Source: Podarcis bocagei (Eukaryota). From it: 64,000 nt of DNA. The position numbers and the translations under genes are program-made. The stretch lies in the NCBI GenBank assembly GCA_964188305.1, contig OZ076886.1; one strand, 5' to 3'. The notes under the pieces were generated by a model. The model did no database searches and was not told the origin of the DNA. It saw nothing but the letters and a program-made list of their open reading frames with translations. Position 1 is the stretch's first letter. Every line of letters begins with the position of its first letter. Of the stretch, positions 55,464 to 64,000 are shown in pieces.

Positions 55464-57855
55464 CTCCAACAATAGGAACATCGCAAGAAAAACAGACATT
55501 ATCCTCAAGGTCCCTTGATTAGACTCATCAGAATCAAAAGATATTTATTTATTTTTACTTACTTTGTTTTAAGAATTTATAAACCACCTAATATAGAGTA
55601 CCTAAGCCAGGGTGGTGATATTCAGGCCCAGAGGCTGTCTATGGCTCTCTAGCCCTCTCTATCTGACCCTTGGGAATCTCCACATGCTGCACCAATCACC
55701 AGTCCTGCTTTGCCTCCTCCTCAAGCCCTTTTCCCTACCTGGAAAATGTCTTCATGGCTCTTGCTTGCTTGGAGGATGGAAAAATAGGGAGGAGGTATAG
55801 AAACCTCTGCTGTTGCATGTGGCTGGAATAAACTCTACTGTATAAAAAGAAGAGGCTCACTTATTGCGCCACCTACCCCTGGCATTTGGCTGACACGGCT
55901 GCCCGTGAAGAAATGCAACCAACAGGTTGAGAAATGTTTCCCACTCCTGATCTAAGCAGTGAAAAGGGCAAAGAGATCACCACAGGCTACCTCAGGCTAC
56001 CAACATTTTTGGGCCTGTTAACACAATTGGAGTTTTGACAGAGTGCTGTGGGGACCAACCCCTCTGGTTATTTCTTTCCCACCTCCCTCTCTTGGTAAAT
56101 CTCCATCCCCAGATGTGTGCATGTAGGCAGACTTTACTTTTCCATGAGATCTGGAAAAAAGTCAGATCCATTAGAATTAAAACAGACCTTCCTGAAATTG
56201 TATGGTTTTACATGGGGTCCCCAAATAACCCATTATCAAACTAAAGCTTAGATTGGTGGTCTGCACAGTAAAAATCACAGAAACACTGATCCAGGACACA
56301 GATCCTCATGGACCCTCGTGATTTTTACATAGGATGACACCAAGACTACTAACAAATCACAGAACACATTTTGGAACACAGGTGTGGCCTATGATTTGAT
56401 GGCAGTTTTGAGGTAATTACAATCAGGTGATGTACAATTTTTATGAAATATATACATACATTTAAAAATATGCTTGTCCATAACATTTAATGTATTGGAT
56501 CCAGGTATCTTTGTGCCATGACACAGCTGGAAAGAACTGTATCCATTATTTTTATGGTTCAGCCAATGAAGCAGACCTGATCTGTGACTTGATAGTGGCT
56601 TTAAGGAGGGGAACCTATCAGGAAAGTATGCAGTTCCAGGAAGACCCGTTTTATTGGATCCAGTGTGTGTGTGTGCACACTCATAAGCGAGCACACATGC
56701 CTTCTCTCTCTCTCTTCTCCCCTCCCTGTCTAGCAACTTGATTTTCCTCTCCCCAGTCTTCCAATTTGTTCCCCTTTCCCTTCTGCCCTCTCCCTCTACA
56801 TTTTGGCTTAATCTGCTTTCTGTTCAGCAACCAGGCTCTGAACTGAACCTTGAACAAGCACTTCAAACTGAAAAAGAAAGGGGGAAAGAACAATAGCCTT
56901 CCTGCTCCCCCCTTCAGCTACCAGTATATGTTCTTCTCAAGGATGGAAAAGGTAATCCCTCTCTCCACCTCATGGTGAAGGAGATATGGAGCGAGAGCAG
57001 GTGAGATCTCAGAGGCTTTGTGGACACCAGCAAAATTTCAAGGGCCTGTAGGCACCACATTGGTGACCCCATAGTTCATGCTCTTTCCCCACTCACCTAA
57101 TTGGGAGCAAATGGAAGCAAAGTAGACTGAACCACTTTCGATTCCCTGCTCACCTACTGAGGACCAACCTAGATGCTGCGTGTTAACATCCTTTTTAAAA
57201 ACCCTGACAGTCCTTTGTTTGTGGAAAAGCATATTTGAAAGGCAGTAATTCAGAGAGGTAAAAGCAAGGAGAGGAAGTTTAAACCATTTTTACGCACAAT
57301 TTCCCCCTCCAAATCACCCGCAACTATACCCTTAAGGAACTTTACATCCTGAAGGGTTAAAGATATACAAGGGTAAACAAGCATCTGGAGTGGGAAAATA
57401 GCAAGTAAGGAGAGAATTAACATTTATCCACACCTTCCCACCTGTAATTGCTCCTTCTTGAACCTGCTTTACCATAAATAAAGCAGTCACAAAGATTTAC
57501 AAACACACACTTGCAAGTAACATTTGGCCCTAATTTCATGACTGATCTAAGGTACGGACCTAGGTCTCCAAGCCCTTTAGTCTATCCACTTTACCACACC
57601 AGCAGAAAAAACAAGTCCCTCTACTAGGGTAGAAGATCTTTCTACAATGATACCACCTGTTGGGATAAGCCATGATTTTCAGCTATTGTTTTCAGGCTCA
57701 TGGCCCAGTTAACCACAGTTGCTGTATTTCCATTGCTTGAATGTAACAATCCTTATACAGTCCATAATCAAAGTAGATCAAGCCCACATCCCAATGTGAC
57801 TGCTAGTTTGCTGCTTCCCTCCTGCTCCCGCATAAAATAGAAGACGGTGGCTTAC

Positions 57856-57912
57856 CATCAAAGGGGTGACGAGGCTCTCCTTCTATATCATCTTCAGCCA
57901 GGATCACTTCTT
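57856..57912 (-). CDS. CACNA1A: exon 9: (E)EVILAEDDIEGEPRHPFD
   Basis: cttag acceptor, gtaagc donor, 57 nt. Confidence 0.95.
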
Positions 57913-59606
57913 CTAAGACAAATGTGCGAAATTAAACTATGGGCGGCATTAAGCTTTGCAGGAGGCAAGTGAGGCAAATGCATCAAAGAAGAGATGGGTA
58001 GCTCCAGAACATGTTTGGGCAGACAGTTGCCCTAAGAAACCCACCTCTCATGCAATGAAAAGGGAAGCCAAGTGAACAAACTAACTTGGGCAGGAACCTG
58101 TGAAAGGAAGGGCACCTTTCTTATTTGGCCTTGGGGATGTTTTTACATACACCCGAATATGCATCACAGGAATTCTCAAAATGTCTCCCTATCATACACA
58201 TATTGTTATATATTTTTAATACCACTCATGAAACTAAGGGGTGACCACCCATACGCTGTGCTGGTCAGTGCAAGGCAAATGGCAAGGGGTTACGTACATT
58301 GACATCACTTCTCCATCTGTGCTGTGCTGTGAACAGTGCACACAACCTGAGATTTCTTAGATCTGCTGTGCAGAGACAAGAATTCTGCTGCAAGTTGTAT
58401 ATGGATAACTATGCACCCCTGACCCAAACAAAATCCTAGGAAGACATGTCATTTGATGTCCACATTCAGTGCCCATCAGCACCCATCCTAGTGTGACATG
58501 CACCATGGTCGCTGATTCTGTCACTAGACTCACAAAGTAGAAGCTCAGCTCAGTGCATTATATGCAGGTCACACTAGACACAAATAAGGAGATCAGTGAT
58601 CAGGGTAACAATGTGAGGCTATGAATTTGATTGGCGAAGTACTGTTGTATAGGTAGTTTTCAACCCTTTTCTCCCACACCATTTCCATTCTTTAAATAAC
58701 ATCTTCAACTCTAGTGCAGCTATTAGCTACACAGAGGTGTACAGAAACACAGGCACAGATACTAAGCATGTCTCCCCGAACTTTGGAAGCCAAGAACAGC
58801 TTGGGGGAAGAATTTAGTTTGGGGAAGGGTGTGGGAGGAAAGGGTTAAACACTCCCTTCTTCAAGTGCTTTCCCCCTGATTGAATTAGCAGCTCCAGACA
58901 AGTAAAAAACAAACACATTAAAAAGAGAAGATCCAGATCATGGACAATCACATCACAAATAGTCTGGCCCTTATTAGGGTTCATGAAGTCCTCTGATTCA
59001 TCCACAATTACAGCAGTGATTAAAAGATACATAAAATTTGGCTTCTGTTTTCAGAGGCTTTCTGAACCAGATACTTCCAAGTCAAAATATTTATACTGAA
59101 TTTATTTCTGTTTTACCCTTATAACTAGTACATAATATTATAAGCAGTAAGTAATCATTATAAGCAATAAGTAATCATTATAAGCAACAAGCAGCAAGTT
59201 AAACTGATTTTATTAATTCACTGAAATTGAAATATTCAGCTGAAAGAGTCAAATATATTTTTCTCAGAACAAAACTTCAACAAACAACTCTTCAAGTTCA
59301 CCCTCTAAGATCCCAAAAGCAAAATTACAAAACTGAGATGTTTCTTAAATGCTGGAAACTTTTCATGTATTGGACAAAATTACAATTTTATCTAACAAAA
59401 GCCTCATTCAGTGAAATAAGTAAATAGCAACTATTAACACAAAATCTCTCCCCCACTTGTTTTTTATGGTAGGTCTGAAGCACTTTTTGATAAACTTCAT
59501 GTTCACATGTTCACAGCTCAGAGCCTGGCTTAACACACCAGTCAGTCTCTGCTACAGAGACAGGCAAGATTGTGGGAGTTTCCCATAAGGCAAAGCTGAG
59601 AAATCA

Positions 59607-59978
<372 letters not shown>

Positions 59979-60099
59979 TCACAAGAGGAATAAGAAGAGA
60001 TAAGAAGAACCCTTCTGGATCAGACCAAAGGCCTATGTAGTCTCGACTTCTTTTCCCACAATGGCCAATCAGATGCATACCTGAAGAAATAGCTCCACT

Positions 60100-60411
60100 C
60101 CACATTGTACAGCTCAGACACTGAGATCCAGCTCAAAGGGCCTTCTGGCGGTTCCCTCACTGCGAGAAGTGAAGTTACAGGGAACCAGGCAGAAGGCCTT
60201 CTCGGTAGTGGCACCCACCTTGTGGAATGCCATCCCATCAGATGTCAAGGAGATAAATAACTATGCAATTTTTGGAAGACATCTGAAGGCTGTCCTGTAT
60301 AGGGAAGCTTTTAATGTTTGGTGTTTTATTATGTTTTATATCTGTTGGAAGCCAACCAGAGTGACTTGGGCAACCCTGTCAGATGGGCAGGGTACAAATA
60401 TAACAACAACA
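60100..60411 (+). mobile_element. L2-like LINE 3' fragment nested in an older CR1-like fragment
   Basis: decayed ORF2 end (AFSVVAPTLWNAIP) and short (AAC)n tail. Confidence 0.75.
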
Positions 60412-60775
60412 ATGCCTCTGGGAAGTCCACAAGCAAGATGTTTGTGCAACAGCACTCTCTTGTTTGTGATCCTCAGCAACTGGTATTCAGAGACATATTG
60501 CCTTTGTTACTGGAAGTAGTACACTGTCATTATGACTACTAGCCACTGATAGCCTTATTCTCTGTAAAGAATGGCACAGAAGAGAAACAAAATCAAGAAA
60601 TCAAGACACAGAGCTACACAAAATCAAGACACAGAGCTACACAGTGAGTGTTTGAAGATCAAAGGTAGAAATGAACCCTGTCATGGTGTTCAGTTGCTGC
60701 TAAACTTCATTTCATTTGCAGGGCTGAGAAAGGCAATTTCAAGCTCTGTCTAGGACAGGTGTGCTACATACTTAC

Positions 60776-60879
60776 CCAGAAAGCACCCCCAACACAAGGT
60801 TGAGCATAAAAAAGGATCCAATGATGATGAGGGGGATGAAGTATAGCCAGTTCCAAGCGCTCCCTGAGGCATCGTTACT
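60776..60879 (-). CDS. CACNA1A: exon 7 (IS6): [34 protein letters not shown](G)
   Basis: ctgcag acceptor, gtaagt donor, 104 nt. Confidence 0.96.
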
Positions 60880-62347
60880 CTGCAGGAGGAAGACAGAAAG
60901 GGTGAAGTTATAAGATGGTAACATAAAGGAACACATTTTGCATGGAAACCATTCAGAATAGGCCTTAAAGCAAGGCTCCTAAATCAATGCTTGGAAGGTA
61001 GCCTCATAATAAGTTGGCCCAACAACACAGGAATGGGCAAGCTGAACCAAGTATGTGGTGTAAGAACAATCCACCTTGATGCCTCCTGAATTCTTAGGTA
61101 CAGGAATCCCTCAGATGTGATCACAAGGAAATCTGGCTCATTCACAACGACTACAACTGTCACTCTAACTACCAATACTACCTCTAACTACCTCAACTGA
61201 TAGTGAGGTTGTTATTCAATAAACCTGTATCTTTGCAGATGAGCTAAATGGCCACTCTCCTCCCTGAGTACCTGTGCACTCACATGTACACATTAAACCA
61301 GAGTTTGACATAGTGTAACATGAGAACCAGGCCACTAAGTCAGACCTTTGATCCATCAAGGTCAGTATTGTCTGCACTAACTGGCAGAAGCTCTTGGGGG
61401 TTTCACGTAGGTGTCCTTCCTAGGCTTACCTGGCGATTTAACCTGGGGCTTTCTGCTCTTCCATTGAGATACTTCCCTTCCCCCTGGATTTACGTGTGAG
61501 TATAAGACGTAGGTTACAAGAAGCAGCCTTAAAATGAGGTAGTCCAGTGGTTGACCTACAGCAGAGTTGTCAGCAATCAATGGTCTCAGGTTGAGGTATT
61601 TAGAGATGCTAGGATTGAAGCTGGCCCCTCATACACAAACAGCACATACCTCAGCACTGATGTTGGAAGATAGGGTTCATAGCTCAATGACAAAGCATAT
61701 GCTTTTCCTGTGATATGTCCCAGGCATTTCCATTTGAAGCTTCTCCAATAGCTGGGCTAGGATATATCTATGCTTGAGTCTTTGGAGTGTGGCTGGCTAA
61801 GCTAAACTAGTAGGCACTTAAATAGATTGTAGGTTGTTATGCATATTGTTTTTTCTTCACTAATTATAGGAGCAATTCTCACTGTAAAGACAACCTGCGG
61901 TGGAAGGGGATTATCTCTCCACTTCCCACTAAGATTGAAATAAAGATTCCATGCCATACTGTTGCCACTAATTGTGGGACTAGGAGCTTTAGGGGTGTGG
62001 GGAGGGGGAATCATTGGTGCAAATGGACTTTTCCCTAGTCCTTTAAGATACAATATATTTGGGGGAGGGAGAGGCAATGATCTCCATTCCAATCCCAGTA
62101 GTCGGGTGCAGATATAAGACTTCATTTCTCATGAACTGCCTTTACAGTAAGAATTGGGTCTCCCTTGCCCTTGTCCTTACTTAAGAAAACAAAATAAGCT
62201 ACAGTCTACCATATGTTAAGTGCACATCTAGTCTGGCCTTCAGAGTAGGCAGTAGAGACTAGTTGGACCAATGGTCTGATTCTGTATGAGACAATTTGTA
62301 TGTCAAGAGATATTGCTTCTAGGCCCATTGCTCGGTTTCCATTAGAA

Positions 62348-62480
62348 CAGGGTTTCCCAAAGTTGGGTCTGCAGCTGTTGGGTCTACAGCTCCCATTTCC
62401 CTAGCTACCACGGCCAGTGGTCAGGGATGATGGGAGTTGTAGTCTAACAACAGCTGGAGACCCAACTTGGGAAAGCTCTG
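62348..62480. mobile_element. palindromic hAT-like MITE
   Basis: TIRs and near-perfect 8-bp TSD cattagaa / cattagac. Confidence 0.75.
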
Positions 62481-64000
62481 CATTAGACCATTGGGTTGTT
62501 ACATTTCATGAGTATGTAGAAGACTGCAGCAGCAAAGATGATGGAAACAGGAAACTGGTGAACTTCTTGCAAAGGTGAACAACCCACTTTTACATCTCAA
62601 CTGAACTGGTAGCCCATAAAACATGTACTTTAAGTTAAGGTCTGTGCTAGAAAGTTCTTCCCTGTAACAACTGTAACCGGAATCTGGAAGTCATGGCTTT
62701 CTGAGGTTTTTTGTCCTAGTTCCTAAACAAGACAACTTCCAGAACCAGGATTCTTCTTTCATCTGTTAAGGCAAGTACAGAAATGAGTCTTCTTTGGTCC
62801 TTCTCTGTCTTACTGACACCATCAACAGAAACTACCGTATTTGGTCCTTGCTCCATGCCTTGCTATCAAATGCCTCCTGCAATAGAATTCTAACCATGCT
62901 TTGCTTGTATGCAGATAGTTCTCCAACAGAAAGTAGCTTGCCTCTCCTCTGTACCTTGAAAGCCAACATTAGCAACGGGTCACAGGTTTGCCCCAAGGAA
63001 TGTGCTAATGGAACGGACCCTTTTGTGAAGCCTGGCTACTCGGCAGTGGCTGTAGGGCACTAGAAGTAGGAGCTTTGTATGGATTGCATATATGTGAGCC
63101 ACTAACAACTCCTTGTCCCCATTTCTCCCTTCTAACTATAGGTTGAGAAACAAAAAGATATTGTGCAACTGTGGCAGCTGGTGAACCCCAGCCTTCAAGA
63201 GCGCACTGAACAGCCAGGTGACTTAGCACATAAAGGACTCCACAGTCACTTGAGAGGCTTCTATGTCTAACCATATTCTTCCCACACAAATATCTGACAC
63301 AATTGTTGACTCACGACAGGTGCAAGAACAATCTAAACCTCACACAGTTTCTACCTCATCACTTATACTGGAGCTCTCTGAGGTGAACGGTGTTAAAAAT
63401 AGTAAGATTTAGCATTTATTTAGGGCTTCTGAGAATCCCAAGCACACTATATTTCTTATCTTAGTTATCTGGGGCGGATGGGGGGGGGGGCGGACGTGAA
63501 AGAAAGCTCAGTATTATCCTCATAACTGCAAATGGGTGGGTGGGTAAGGAGTAGGACTGAGACGTCAAGAAGTCATGTGGATCATGCGCACAGTGAAAAC
63601 TCAGTTCACACCCTGGGCTTATTTGCATGGTCAAGAACTAAAGGTTGTTATCTCAAGGGTTGCTATTTCGAGGTTATTCATACCCTCTTGTTGCTGATTA
63701 TCTTGCATCATTCATAGGCCTCTGCTTTCTTTTTTAAAAAAGTGAAACTGTGAACTTCACATCTGCCATAATCCACCCAGCTATTGTTTACATGACAACT
63801 TGTCCTGGGATGAAAGAATAACTTGTTGATGCATATGATAGTATCAGGTTACAGAGCAAGTTTAGGGCAGTTTTGGAGTTTTGGAGCCCCAGCTAGCATA
63901 GCTATTTAAAAGGTATGATAGGAGTTATAATCTAAAACATTTGAATAGCCCAAGGTTGGGAAAAGCTGGTTTAGGGGGTTATCTATCGGGATATTTCTAT

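Overview
Vertebrate genomic DNA, probably from a squamate. The Sauria/POM-type SINE, CR1, L2, Penelope-like and MITE repeats point to a lacertid lizard, which is an inference. The whole window lies inside CACNA1A (Cav2.1, P/Q-type calcium channel alpha-1A) on the minus strand. I traced 25 exons, equivalent to human exons 7-31 (end of domain I to IVS3), with consistent reading-frame phase at every junction. Exons 1-6 and 32 onward lie outside the window. The most notable content is the splicing layer. Known-type features are the 12-nt e24a microexon (SSTR), a 6-nt e31a microexon that here reads GATCCG (Asp-Pro) rather than mammalian Asn-Pro, a U12-type intron 16, a GC-AG intron 8 and tandem TG/TG/AG acceptors at exon 10. 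Candidate unannotated elements are a 12-nt in-frame microexon in intron 20, a 9-nt or 15-nt dual-donor microexon inside a roughly 110-nt hairpin in intron 24, and two YCAY-rich poison-exon-like acceptors. The introns also hold two sense-oriented solo LTRs with exact TSDs and a perfect 56-bp spacerless palindrome. Novel exon calls rest on splice-signal patterns only and need RNA-seq and conservation data. Exon numbering follows human CACNA1A from memory.
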